This document shows positions 50,738 to 64,000 of a stretch of DNA of 64,000 nucleotides, one piece after another. Origin of the DNA: Takakia lepidozioides (taxonomy: Eukaryota > Plantae > Bryophyta); the NCBI GenBank assembly GCA_030704615.1, contig CM060732.1, positions 37,324,001 through 37,388,000 of the forward strand. Reading direction: 5' to 3'. The notes beneath the pieces are model-generated. The model worked only from the letters and a program-made list of their open reading frames with translations. It was not told where the DNA came from and did not search any database. Position 1 is the stretch's first letter, and every line of letters starts with the position of its first letter. The position numbers were made by a program, and so were the translations under genes.

Positions 50738-51919
50738 CTAGGGGTCGAACTCCGGAATTTTTAGGACTGGAGCTTCCGCTTCCACCAGACGACTGATGGT
50801 ATCTTCCGACAGCTCCGTGGTTGCCCGAGTCATGTTCAATTGTCGGGGCTTCGTGCACTTCTTGGCCATGTGCCCGGGCTCTCCGCAATTGAAACACACT
50901 CCATCAAAGGTCGCCTTCTGTCCGCCATAAGCCGCTCCACCCGCTTTTCCTTTCGAAGCACCGGGTGCCGCCTTGACGTGTGAAGGCCCTCCCTTCGATT
51001 TCCACGTGCCATTGTCGCCGCGTGGCCTATCCCACTTCTTTTCCGGTCGGAAGGAGTCACCTTCCCGCCGGGTCTTCTTGTGGTTCAGCTCCGTATGGCC
51101 TTGTCTTTCACCCCTAGGAACATCTGAGAAACATTCAGCCCTCTCAATTGCCTCGTTCAGAGTCTTAGGTGGCTTCTCCTCCAACTTCCGCCTGGCCCAT
51201 GGGGCCAGTCCCGCCACAAAGTTGAAGACCATTTCCGGTTCTGCCATGTCCGCGACTTCGAGCAAAAGCACATTGAAGGCCTGAACATATCCCCGAATGT
51301 CGTCTGTTTGCTTCAAATTCCTCATCTTGTCCCGGGCAAGCCAGGATGCATTGAGGGGCACAAACTGTCTCTTCATCAATTCCTTGAACCCACTCCAGTT
51401 CAAGGTTTCCGGGCTTGGACCTCGGTCGTGAAGGCGTTTCTACCACCATTGTTGAGCATAGCCCCTCAAATAGGTGGGAGCCACTTCCACCCGATCCTCG
51501 TCACTCAACTTGGCCGCCCGGAAGTACTGATCTAGCTCCAGGAGCCAGGTGTTGAGTGCCTTCCGATTTCGGACGCCCTCGAAGGTGCCGGGTTCCTTAG
51601 GCTTCACCTTAAACTTTGCCTTAGTGGAAGTGGCATTAGCCGCCCTCAATACGTCTTTCAACATCCCGCCAAACTGCGCCAACAACCCTTCCCAAAAGGC
51701 TGCCGGCATTGGAGGCATCTCTTGGTTTGTCGGAGCTCTCAAGGATTCCTCGGGCTCCGACTCCTCGGATTCCTCCCACTCTTGAGCGGCCTCGTTTTCG
51801 GAAACATGCATCGCTTCCTCAAACGGCCGCCTCGGTGACACGTCGCCCCCATCGGGCTCACCAGGATCATCATCTTTTGGGCCGTTCCGCTTTCGCTTCG
51901 GCTTGCCCGACCCCATGAT
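50738..51919 (-). pseudogene. gag of gypsy element 2 (one break near 51440)
   Basis: ORFs 51440-51970 and 50738-51403. Confidence 0.9.
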
Positions 51920-54900
51920 GAGGCCAATCCCAAGGACGATCGCGTACTGAACTCTAAGCTCTGATACCAAGTGTCGCGCACATCACTTCGGTAAGCTCCC
52001 CCTCAAGTCATAGTTACTCGCTTTGATGCGCGCGCCTGACTCCCAACCTGGCCGCCGGGCCAACTTGGAGCTTCGGCAGCTCACCGGGGCATAACGGTCC
52101 CCCTTTGTTCTCCCAAAGAACCCTCCACCGATTTGGAACTAGCGGGAATTCCTTTTGGTAGGTGGCAGTCCGGAACAGCTCCCCACTCTTTGGTCGCTTT
52201 CCGGCTCGCTCGCTTACTCACTAATTTTTGGTCACCAACGGGCTTGCACCGTTCTCGGGGTTACTACTCCCTATATATACTTTTGTAGCTGTCCGCGGGG
52301 GTTTCACAACCAGCCATGCCATTTTATGGCGAACCACCACGAAAACCCTCGACTCCTGGTGATGAGTCACGGTGACTCTTGGCCCACTCACCACGACCCC
52401 TATGGACCGTGATGAGTCCCAAGACTCCCCACGACTCCCACCACGAGGTCTCCGCCCCCATGGTGAGTCCTATGCCACCCCCACTAAGTCCCGCTAAGCT
52501 ACCACCACCCCTTGTGGAGCCACCCCCACCGCAACCCGGTGTGCGGGGCTCCACCTAGTGAGCGCCTCCGCCTCCGTGAGTGCCTTGGGCACTCAAGGGT
52601 GCTTCAGCCCCCCATACCTATCGCTGCCGCTGCCCCCACCACAGGGGCAGCCTCTCATGTGTCCCGACCCCCTGCCCTCAAGGCAAAGGGCCGCAACATA
52701 TGGAATATAAAAGATCAAAAGGCAAAAGCTAGCATCATTATAAGCTTGAGAGACAATTAGTTGCATCTCATTATAAGTGCTAAGAGTGTTAAGGATGTTT
52801 GGATAAGCAGCAATTATATATGAGACGAAGGATGTCACATCCAAGTGTATGCGACTCAGAAGTTTTAGGGTTTGAAGATGATCGAGTCAGATTCAGTTGA
52901 GCAACAATTGAATTTGTTTTGCGTGTTGCGAGATCAACTAGAGTCTGTGCAGGGAACTAATGTGACTGATGAACACACTGCAGTGGTGTTATTAGCAACC
53001 TTACCTGAATCATATGATGGTTTTGTGGTGTCTATAGTAGGACAAACCAACTTAATTATTGATGTCATATGACTTCTCCTCGAGGAAGAAACAAGAAGAA
53101 AAGGTCAAGGTACGTCTACAGGGGTAGACGGAGCTTTGTTCACGGGAAAGACCGGAGTTGTCCAGAACAAAAAATTCCCTTCAAATGTGCAAGAAAATTG
53201 GTCATATGATCAAAGATTGTAGACAGCGCATTGCAATAAAGAGGGCAAGGGAACATAGCTACTCATCAAATGAATCTATTTGTTGTGTCTCTCTCAGCTA
53301 CTACAAGTCAGAAGCATGTGTGGTATATTGATTCAGGAGCATCTCAACATATGAGTTCAGAGAGAGAACATTTTTTATCCAATAGATCTATTTCACCTAC
53401 TCAATATATTCTTTTGGGAGGTGATAGCAAGCATGCAATTAGTGGGGAATGCTCTGTCTCTCTTTTGTTAGATGAGGGGGAAAACTAGTGAGGTGAAGAA
53501 TGTCCTACATTAACAAATAATTTGCTGTCAGTGAGGAAAATAGTTGAAGGGGAATATAGAGTGATATTCTAAGATGAGGGTTGTATTATTTCTGACGCCT
53601 CAGGAGTTATAGTAGCATGAGCAACTCTTGACAATTGCTTATATAGATTACAATATCATGTCTCTAGTGCTCTTACCACTTGTTCATCAAAGTTGGGATC
53701 TAGACATATCATGGCAGAAACAAAGTTGTGGCATAGAAGATTAGGTCATGTGAGCATCAACAAGGTGAAAGAGATGCAACACTCAAACCATCTTGTTGAA
53801 GGATTATTATTGAAGGAGATCACTCATCTTGATCTATGCAAAGGTTGTTTGGAAGGGCAGCAACATCGAGGTCAATTTCCTAAGGATGGTGGACGAAAGG
53901 CCACAAATGTACTGGAAATTATACATTCTGATGTGTATGGCCCAATGCAAACCAAATCGTTTGGATGAGCAAGGTACTTTGTGACATTCATTGATGATTT
54001 GTCAAGAAGGGTTGTGGCGAACTTCCTGAGGCAGAAAAGTCAGGTACTAGAGAAATTCAAGGAATTCAAAGTGCTTGCAGAAAAACAAATTGGAAAGGCT
54101 CTTAAGATTTTGAGATGTGACAATGGTGGTGAGTACATCTAAAAGACTTTCAATCAGTTTTGCCAAGAAAATGGAATAGCTCGACAACTTACTCTTCTAT
54201 ACACACCCGAGCAAAATGGTGTAGCGTTGCGGATGAATAGATCATTGCAAGTGTGAGTCATCCATATTTGTTTATCCATTTGTACCCTAAATCCAAACCC
54301 TAAACCCTTACCCTTACCAAACTCAAACCTTATTTGTACTTTGAGTTTCTAGTTACACCTCAAACCTTATTGTACTACCCTGTTACCTCTTCTTAACCCT
54401 CAAGTTCCCAAGCCTTTTTTTGACTTTTTACCAATTTTGGGTACCCAGCTGCAGTAAATTGCCCCTAGAAACCTACCAAAAATCATCCAGAGATTCCAGC
54501 CTTATAGTAGTGGGCACAGCTCATTTATGCATGACATACCAAAAAATGAGCCAAGTCCACCGTGGAAATTGTGAGATTATAGCGTTGGCCCATACCTCAA
54601 ATATCAAGTCCCAAAGAAAAAATGAGAAAGAAATTGGTTTGACCAAATCAAAACCTAGCTTTATCTAATTTTGCTTGCCCCAAGACCCACCATTTCCAAA
54701 TCAATAGTGGAGTGGCTATGACCCCACTAAATTGCAGGTCCAACTGATTTTTTCACCTATGCTTGCTATGCATGCAATTACATGGGGGTTGAAATCTCAA
54801 AATTGACAAGAGAAAATGTGCCTCCAAATGAAGTACTTTCTTTTCTACAAATTTTTTGAAAGCCAATGGTGGATGTGTGTATGTAATGCTTACACACCAT

Positions 54901-56107
54901 ATGGTGAAGTGTTTTTTCCAAAATTGCTAATTTTCTGCCAAAAATGGCCTTTGGAGAGCAATCTGTTTTGGGCTTGTTTTACTGTCGCGTCAGCGGTCAA
55001 CAAGCCCTTTTCAGGCCCAAAACGTAAAAATAAGATCTAAGATATTTTTTGTAGGCCGCAGCTTTTGTTTTTTTTTAGTTTTGTTTTTTGCATCATACTC
55101 GAGACAAATCCCTTGTCATTAAAGCTTCAGGAGTGGGCCCCATCAGATTACATCTGCAAAAATTAGGTCCAACCTCATCAAAGTGACTGGATTCAGGTCG
55201 CTTGAGAACTGAAGAGTTAATGTTTCATGCTATTGTTATATTTTACTGCCCTTTTTACACCCAAAACATATTCCAACCCTCTTCTTAATGTTTCATGCTA
55301 TTGTAATATTTTACCGCCCTTGTCAGACCCAAAACATCATTCCAATGGTGTTGTCCATGACTGTGCTTGACATGAAGATTCAATTAAAATTAGCAAGTTG
55401 TAACGAATATCATAGAGTAGGAGTCTGCCCGATGTTCGATGCGACACATTTGTTTATCATGATTACATAATATAATATTATGACATCATTCGTCTTCCCG
55501 TGGACATTGCATGAATTGTTGAGTGCTGCAACTCCACAAGCAATTCAATATCAGTTGGACCTTTTATATGACGCATTTTGAAGCAAATATGACCCATTCA
55601 TCTGTAATTTCACAAAGTTTATTCAGAGCTTACACCATAATATTATTATTATTTGAATTAATTTCGATTCAGTAATATATTAAGTTTGGTCAGAATTTAA
55701 GCCAAAAAGTACAGAATTGGTTAAAATAGGGTTTTGTCTACCAGCTACACATGTGATCAGTAGGTGTTTGATGCTTGCCTCGAAGTTCTGTCGAGTGGTT
55801 ACATTCTTTGCCAAGAGCAGATCTAGCATAAGCCCAGTAGATTCCGATGGTAGTATCTGAAGGTACACGTTGTTGTTGTTTATGGCAAGAGATGCAGTTC
55901 AAGTCATCACTCATCACGTGCACCATGACATCAGGGGTGGGACAGTGGGGTTAGGCTGTGATCGATTCGAAGACTTACTCCCACAGTCCCTTCTTTTGTG
56001 CCAGTAGCTAGTCAATTTAAGTATCTTCGCTTGTGATCCAACTTGTTTTCAACCAGTGTTCCGTGAAAGCGGCAAACTTGCCAACACGCGATGGGACACG
56101 CCTCAGT

Positions 56108-58567
56108 CTATTGACCTGCACAATTGGCACCAACAAAACCAATTCTGGAGTTTACCAGATCGTACTCAATCCGAAAGTTCTGTTGTTGCACATTTCCGAG
56201 GATGGAAATGTTACCAGGAGCTCCGGCAGTGGCAAAAGCCAGACAGTAAGTGCCCTGGTTATCGATTGCCAACAGAGTGTTGTCCGCAGGAAGAGGCATA
56301 CTCGCCTGTATCCAACCGCAACATCAAGGCGTCAGTCTGAAGAACGTGAAAGACCATGTCTTTCCCCCTAAGCCTGAGAGAATCACAGAGGAATCAGAGG
56401 AATCAGAGCATTCTTGATACTTGTAGAGATTGCATCCCCCAGTACTTCAAAATAATACACTTAGCTCGGCGACTAGGAACTCTATTCGGAGTGCATGGAT
56501 AAAGAGGCATAAAGACCAGAAGGATTGCTTGAACCTGGCGTTGATTGAAGCAGCCTCAAATTGAACATTAATAAATACGTGCGCACAACAGAAGAGAAGA
56601 AACAAGTTGGTTATGTTACCTTATTGTCAAACAGTAGTGTCACGGATGGAATAAGCGTGGACCCTTCGGAGAGGGAATAGCAGGTGTCAAGCAAGTCATC
56701 TCCATCAACTGTTTTGAGAGAAGTTGCTTGAGCTCGGAATGCATCCCTAAAGAGAGTGTAGGCAGGCTCTGCTAGCCTTGTGATTGAAGTTCCTGAATCG
56801 ATAATTACACCCCCATTGCCCCCCTCATCTACCGTATAGACTGAGGGAGGAAACTTGATCACATTTTGTCCCACATTGACCCCAGTCAACCCCACGTAAT
56901 AGAAGGCAGCCAGTTGGGGATTTTGTATTAGGGGGGTGTACTGGAGTCCACTCGTGACAGACTCCCCAAAGAAGATGTGGCTGGTTAAATTCGGGTACAT
57001 GAACCGGTCTGTAAGACAATAGGAGAATCGGTTTGCCACTTTCCCAGCCAGTTGTGAAGGAAATGATAAACTACCTTTTCCAAGTCCCAGAATACCAGCA
57101 GACCCTACAAACAACCCTTCATTGACATGCCCACATCCCAAGGAAAATTGTGGAATCTTATAGGGCCTGCCGGTGAGTGAGGTGAGTGTGAGAGTCTCCT
57201 GCGAAAGATCGCCAATCGTGACTGAACCATCTCCATATGCCACTGCGTAGATGCAGTTGCCCGTAGTCTTCCCGCACTTGAAAAAGTTAAGTTCTGAGCA
57301 CAAAGGAGAGGAGCAAGACAGGGTTTTGAATGACGAAGACTGAGCGGGATTGAACACTGGCCCAATCTGTTGGTAGCACTGCTGGCAAGGTTGGCACTGC
57401 AACCAGAAAATGTCGCTCCCTGTATCAATTGTCGCTATTACATCCTTGGGAGGAGTGCCCACCTGCACTAAACACAAGCCTGATATCATTCAAGGATGGG
57501 TGTCTCTGCACTGTCTGACAATTGTCCATACCACCTTGTGCACATGGACAATTGTGTTAGATTGTACATCTGAAAGTCCACAATGGCAATCAAACATACA
57601 ACCAATTCAGTAAAATCACGTCGACCACGCCAATCGACACCAACCCCAAGACCAACCACGATAACCATCGAGGATGTAAGCAGTACTAGAACTCGGTCAC
57701 AGCCACCAAGAAAGCCACGGACTAGTCGTAACAAATCGTACTTCGGAAGTGTGAAGTGTGAACGTGTTATCCATGATCAGTAACGAACTGCCTGAAGCAT
57801 AGACATGTGTACATACATGCAATTCAGTACTGTACTTCAATTCGACAAAAGAAAGCACACAGGCAATCCAGGATATAGATGTCGACCTATGTGGGATCAG
57901 ACGAAAATAGGAGTACAGTAGTTGTCCAGCTCGTCAAAACTATCTCCAATCCCAGGTATCTATCGTCGTTGAGGGAATGAGGAGTGAGACATACCTGCAG
58001 GGTCACAAAATATTCCCCGATGCCAGCATTCGACCCAGACTGCACTGGAGCTTTCAAAGCCGGAACAGTCGCAAATCTCGACGTTGCCTTCCTCAAAGCC
58101 GACCCCTTTCTGTTTGAAACCGCATGAGCAACATGGGTTGCCAAGGCCTCGACACGAGCACCGTCCCTCCTCACCATCTCTTCGTGACGCTCCTCGTGGG
58201 TCATCCCAGACTTGCTGAAAGGGGAGGTGGGTGCATCAACATGGACAAGCTCTAGAAGCAAACCCTGTTTACAGTCGCTCGTCCAGCTGGGTCTTTGAGC
58301 ACCTTGGTTTTGGTAAGAGTCTGACGTAGAACCGAAATCGTGCAGCTTCCCCACGTATGCAGCTTGCAGTCGTGGTGACCGTTTTCCTGTTTTGAAGAGG
58401 TCTACGTCTAGCATCTGATCATAACCTTCGTCTGCAGAAGGGCCTGCGGGAGAGTTGCTACCTTGCACAAAGATGACAAGAGTGGCTAAGACAAGAAAAA
58501 CAAATCCCGGCTTTGGATGCTTCCTTCCATGACAGGCACAACTGATGGCTCCATCTCCCTTCTCCAT
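56108..58567 (-). CDS. Nepenthesin/ASPG-like A1 aspartic protease, 537 aa; exons 58567-57995, 57462-56620, 56305-56108
   Basis: Hydrophobic N-terminal signal, GEYF, catalytic DTGS and DSGT, QCQPCQQCY insert, ILGNVQQQN. Two phase-0 GT-AG introns join the exons in frame. Confidence 0.93.
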
Positions 58568-61391
58568 GTTCCTCAGTTTCTAGCCAACAATATATAGAGC
58601 AAGTGTCGAGGTTCCTTACGAGGTGCAGCTCTAGCTAACAGGCAAGCGGGAGGGATGCCATCAAGTAGGACTGAAAGTGATAACAACAGCACCAACAATC
58701 CACTCAGCTCCAAAACGAGGAGAGACAGTCCTGAAGGACTGTGGAGGCCACTCAACACATAATCCTGAGGATCTGAGGATGACTAATATATATCTAGCTG
58801 AAGCGCCCACAACTTCCTGACTGAATGAAATTGTCTTGCAGTCACCAGTATCGCAGAGTCCGCAACCTGGTCTCCACAGAACAGTTAGTGTACAACAGAA
58901 ATTGCAGACATCGAGAGAGGAAGTTGGCGGCGGGAGCATAATATCTAGAGTGAATCTACGGCTCCACACACTGTCGCAGGCCTGGAACCATGCGCTCATC
59001 TGCAACTTGGTTGATTACCCAAAGTGGGAGCTCTGCTATTTATTAACGCTGCAGAGTAGCCTCGCGCTGCTGTGCATTGCTCCATCACCACAAGCCTCTG
59101 TAGCTACTAGCTACCTTGTACTGTTTGCCAAGGCTCAGAACAACCCATGATGATGCCATCACCTAACCTTGCCTCTTGGAGGACAAGTAATATGAATATT
59201 CTGGGGCTCTGTGACGGTACTGTTCCATTGCAAGGGCGGCACTTGAATCTTGATCCCACTCCCATAGAATGGAATGTACCTAATGTAATGGAGTACACCT
59301 TGGGTAGAGAGCCTGCATTCAAAGGGGAAATGCTACCCAATAGTAGTCTAGCTTTTATTAGCAGAGTATGTTAACTTATCTACCAAAGTGCGCGACAACT
59401 GGGCCCTCTACCCTACTCAAAGGTACTGGATCCATTGTCACCCAATTCTTTCCCAATGTCTCACAGACGAAATTCAACTTGTATGACAACTGAGCACAAT
59501 CCAAATCACACTATCCAACTTTGATTACAAAATGAATGGGATAAATCAAACATTAAGGAGAGGGAGCTGCGCGCCGTGATGTTTTAAAGGCATTTAATGC
59601 CAACATACATGCTAGTTTGGATTATGGATAAGGATTGTCATCTGCAGATTATGACAATCGCCCGCAATACAGCGCTGTAGAGTCTTGACATGTTACACGG
59701 TCCATCCTCGCCATTACACCAGGGTTGCAAGCACTCCTAAATGTGGAACACTAACAGCATCCAAGTGTCATATCCTACCTAGGTCAATCGCTTCACAAAT
59801 TGATGCTATCCAGCAATCAGTTAGGCCAGAAAGTTCTATTGTTTTGAAGACACTTGGGAGACAAATCGACCTCTTATTACATTTAGGGAGAAAATATTAT
59901 GCTCTTTCCAAGTAACCTCACCACGAGACAAGAGACAACCAACACAAGGCTCATGAGACAGACAACACCAAGAGCAGCAGGATTTGAGCTCAGCATGGGA
60001 TGACTCCATCCTCTTGAGTTATAGCTACTGGGTGGTTCGACCATCTCCATCAAAGTGTTAGTTCTCAGAAGGAATATGTTACAAACTCCAAATGAACATT
60101 TAGAGGTCATACTTCCTAAAGAGTCGGTACACAGACACAGATGGCCCTGTTTGTGGGTAACATTTTGAGGAGCAAGTTCAGGGTGTAGTCAAATGCCCAA
60201 GTACAGTACTGGGAACGTGCAATGTACCGAACATAGACCAGCAAGGGTGTGTTGAGCCCACATCTTTGGACTAGATTGATGGGTGCCTGCAATATAGATT
60301 ATGTACAGTGCAATGTATTAGGTTCTCAGTACACCTTTTGTACTGCACACATAATAGGGGTTTAGGTAGATTATAGGTAGCAGTGCTCTAGTAGTACCTC
60401 TTTGGTGTAACAGAAGTTGCCTACCTCGTGGCTTCATGGAGGTTCAAACCGGTTGTCCTCTTCCCGGTCAAGATAATAACATCAATATGGTGACAAGATA
60501 AGATCCGGAGCTTTCAGATTACATAGGTGCTCCTCTTTCACTTGAAGTGGACTGGCAGCTGATCCTCACACTAGTTACAATCATAAGTTTCAGCAAAATA
60601 TTTCAATGGTATAGTGATAGTTGAGCTGTTCTAGACTGCTTGACAAACGATTGTTTGTCACGATTGTTTGTCTTAAGCCAGGAAAGAATGTATTCATTAC
60701 AAAGTGCTTCCAGAAGCCCGATGGGATAAAATGTGCTCATCAGCAGGAGGATGGAAAGAAGTGGTCAAGGGACTTTGTGGCGCAACTTGACAGGACGGCG
60801 ATGCAGTCAAGAAGACAGAACCTGCAAATAACCAAACTAGATATGTGTCGCGAGTTGAGGGCTGAAAGCTAAGTTAATGAAGGAGGAGGGCAGCAATCGG
60901 CCCAGCTACAGTAGTGTGTAGTGCTACTAGCCCAAAATTTTGTTAATGCTAATTATCAGTATCGAAATGAAAGCCTGTAGAAGCAATAATCTATTCCAAG
61001 TAATCGCTACAAGGCAAGCTCAAAAAGTCTCAATTTGAGGCTCTACATATGGATAATTGTCACAAAATGCATTGTTAAGGAGCTTGCTTGCCTGGACTGA
61101 ATAAAGTATATAATACCTGCACCTCACTGAACAGTCTAATCATTTGCAGTAAAATGAACAAACTACAAAAAGTACCCAGAGCCTACACCAATGCAAGGAA
61201 ACTTTTTGGAGGCTCACTGCTGCTGTCAAGTTCCACTGTAGCACATGGCCAATCTGTAAGACTCATCCTAATAAGGCAGGAGATCAACCTTTCCAAATGG
61301 ACCAGCCTACCTGGCTTGTATCTCTTCAAGAGTTAATACAGCAACCTACGTTCATACAAAATCAGTTGCATGACTTGCCTCGAATCCAGAC

Positions 61392-63709
61392 TTAAAAGCC
61401 TGCCCAACCAGCTGGTTGTGCTCGATTTGCAGGCCGTGCCCAGCTCTCTGCTTTTGAAGATGTGTTACTACTAGCTGTTGATGCTCCACCAAGAGGGCTT
61501 AAAGCCTTGGTTGCCTGGAAGCCACTCCCGGTTGGGGAGAAACTATCCTGTACAAAGCTCCATGTGTCACCTCCTCCAAGACTGGCAGCCCTGGAGTGTT
61601 GTTGTCTACGTCGCACGTCTGTCGTTATCCCGGGCGATGAAGGCAGAGAATAAGTGTCATTGCCAGGGGAATGTAATTGGGTTTGCAGATTTGATTTACT
61701 TTGTTTTGGGGAGTCCCCAAATGCTTGCCATGTATTAAACTGCTGCTGACTTCGATTCAAGCTGCCTGGAGATAAGCCTTCCTGGAGGTCCCAGATAGTA
61801 CCGCTCTGTTTGTCCTTCGACTGTAAGATTCAACAGTGCTCGATGTTTAGAGCTTGAGTTTGTCTTGACACAGCCCAGGATAACTTTTGAGAGAAATGCA
61901 ATCAATCAGGGCACTGTTTGCAGGCCAAACCGCAAAACTTCAAGCAGCTCACTCACCACAAGTTGCAGTCAACTTGACTTAGCACTACAATATCTACTTG
62001 TATGCTTTTTCATGTCTCTCTAAGTACACACATGCCCTTGACATGCATGGAGGTTCTCTATGTTCAAGAGACTCTCTCCCTCCTCTCAACACCTATCAAT
62101 AATGTTTGCCCTGTGGGTCCCTCCAGGCCAATTGGTTATGGTCATTCAGCTTTTGTACTCCAGTAAGCCAAATATGGGTAGGTATGGAGGCAGATCTGGG
62201 TAGAGGCAGTTTGATGGTGCACCTAACTTAGGCTGTCTGATCTCGTTAAACCTACATTTGCTTTGTTGTGAGGACAGGAAAAGAATTTCAACTAAAACTA
62301 CAGTAAATTGGTGCTCAACCTAGAGTTTCAGGGCTGACGCTTACCTTTAAACTCCTACACAGAGCCCCTGGCTAGCATTCATACCATTCTGAGAGCTCAC
62401 AAGGAGGAGGAAAGAAAGGAAACTACAAAAAAGAAGGCATGACCCTATCAATCCAAGTAGACCAAACATTGCCACCAACAAGGGCCACCCCCATAGGTCG
62501 TCCATGGAAATCAACAACAGCAAGAGTTCAGAACCTTAAGATGGCGAGTTCGAAACTGAAATTCGACTTTGTACACCTTGCCAGACTTTGCCCACTTCAA
62601 CCACAGACTGGCTGCTCTTATGCCCCCTCACAAATGCACATTTTTCAGCACAGTAATAGCGATGTAAAAACACCTCAACAAGCCAATGACATGTTTAAGA
62701 GTACATGCCTGATCAGAAGCCTGCCATCCCGCTCTTTGTTGCCTAGATCTCTGTGGCTGCTGGAGCTTGACTGGTGGAGGAGTCGAAGCTGCTCCAGCTA
62801 TTATGGTTAAGGAAGCTTTTTCCTTGGGCGCTGAGGCACTTCTACTATTAGCAGTAACAATAGCAGATTTGAGGTCTTGAATCTCTTGTCGTTGTGAACG
62901 ACAGATGGCTGTCAGCTTCTCATACTTGGATGTCATCTCCGCTTTGTCTGCAAGAGCTTGCTTCAGATCCAGCTTCAACCTGCCAACCTCAGATTGAAGT
63001 TGCTCATTCCTTCCCGAATGGTTGGTCTCTGGCGCCAACGTGACACACTGGTCAAACTGGGCGGCAAATGCATTGAATGCTGGGTCATTTGATGGCCCTG
63101 GGCCGTCAGGAGTGGTAGACTTGTGAGAAGAGGCCGTCACATGTGACATGTGAGAAGACCCTCCCGCATCACGCGGGGAGTGGGAACTTAATGCAGCAGG
63201 GGGTGCTTGGGGAGAACTTCCTACAGAGGGGGGAGTGTGTGAAGCTACTGCAGGCAGAGTTTCCAGAGAAGAAGTTATTCCAGCCTTCATTGGTTCATCC
63301 TCATCACTCCAATCAGAGTCATTTCTAACCTCATAGCCCTCAACATCGGCATCATCCCGGCCCCAACCCCCAGCACTTTGTATTGTTCCATGAACCTTTT
63401 TCATCAATCCTGACATACCACTCTTTTTCAAGAAAGAGCTCCGTTCCTTGGGAGGGCTGTTGCTGGCCTGTCTTGAACGGGGAGGTGGACTGCCAGATTT
63501 GGGTGCAGGGGGACTCTCAGTCCCACTGGAATTTTCCATAATAGAAGTTGTATCACTTGTCTGTGCATCCTGAGCATACTGTGTAGACCAAAAAGCACCC
63601 AATGCAGCATTGTTGGCCCCAGCCCCATTTTGGGCTGGACGACGCTCATTTTCTTTTGGGGGTAGAGGAGGTGCTCTTGATGGCATCACTGCTGGAGTCT
63701 TGGAACCTC
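61392..63709 (-). CDS. 3' exons of an AAK1/NAK-family protein kinase (63709-62709, 61820-61392); kinase domain lies beyond the window
   Basis: Motifs recalled from plant AAK1-like tails: LGAFWSTQ, KAEMTSKYEKLTAICRSQRQEIQDLK, GTIWDLQ, terminal QPAGWAGF. Splice phases are compatible. Confidence 0.8.
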
Positions 63710-64000
63710 CTGTACAAGTCAACAATGACGCATAGGCAACAAGAGCAAATGCGTAAGATCTGTGTTCCCCAAACAATGAAGGAAAACACTAGGAAAATCT
63801 TACCTTTACCTGTTGTCAGCACATGGACAGCAAAGTAGAAGTATACAATCTGTTGTCACTTGCAGCTTGCCTGCAAGAAATCAGCCATTTACTGCACATC
63901 TGCAACAGCTATCAATGAGAGCATGGATTGCTGGGTCAAGTTGTGGGGCTCAACCACACCAACCTTTCCGCCATAGAAGCACCCAACAGACTTGCCATCT

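Larger units (their letters stand above)
45501..52698 (-). mobile_element. Ty3/gypsy chromovirus (Galadriel-like, tentative), 7.2 kb, recent
   Basis: 727-bp LTRs at 45501-46227 and 51972-52698 with about 13 substitutions by eye. TSD TATGG and PBS TGGTATCAGAGC (Met). Gag CFNCGEPGHMAKKC, PR VDTGAS, RT YIDD, RH TDAS, INT plus chromodomain YEVEAIL..EYLVKWKGY. Confidence 0.97.
44214..54255 (+). mobile_element. Ty1/copia retrotransposon, 3'-truncated, interrupted by a MITE and gypsy element 2
   Basis: Putative LTR TGTTGG(44214)...AACA(45242) and PBS TGGTGTCAGAGC. Gag FNGTNYQTWK..DLWGVVDG resumes at 52704. PR WYIDSGASQHM, LWHRRLGH, INT IHSDVYGP..DNGGEY..QNGVA. RT and 3' LTR are absent. Confidence 0.9.

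Noticed and set aside
55217-55340. ~68-bp tandem duplication
   Set aside because: Real but ordinary; two copies in intergenic DNA.

Overview
Eukaryotic, transposon-dominated land-plant nuclear DNA. The gene and TE families suggest a non-seed plant, possibly a liverwort (inference). From left to right: (1) 1.6-8.5 kb holds decayed immune-type genes: an L-lectin receptor-kinase remnant running into a possible alpha/beta-hydrolase-NB-ARC remnant, and a divergently oriented ankyrin-PGG pseudogene. (2) ~8.8-16.2 kb is a near full-length but broken L1-type LINE. (3) ~17-25.8 kb contains two copies of an unexplained long palindromic unit. Its four arms each carry a covarying ~90-nt stem-loop enclosing a branch-point-like CACTAA and CAG|GTGAG, and they meet at a conserved hairpin-flanked core. 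One core is interrupted by a 5'-truncated LINE with a 17-bp TSD. (4) 28.6-43.8 kb has CACTA termini enclosing a 12.7-kb Ty3/gypsy (TSD AGTGG) with extra coding regions and an LTR segment inverted between its two LTRs. (5) 44.2-54.3 kb is a truncated Ty1/copia hosting a MITE and a young, apparently chimeric chromovirus (TSD TATGG). (6) Two apparently intact host genes lie on the minus strand: a 3-exon nepenthesin/ASPG-like aspartic protease and the 3' exons of an AAK1/NAK-like kinase. All alignments were done by eye and no searches were run.
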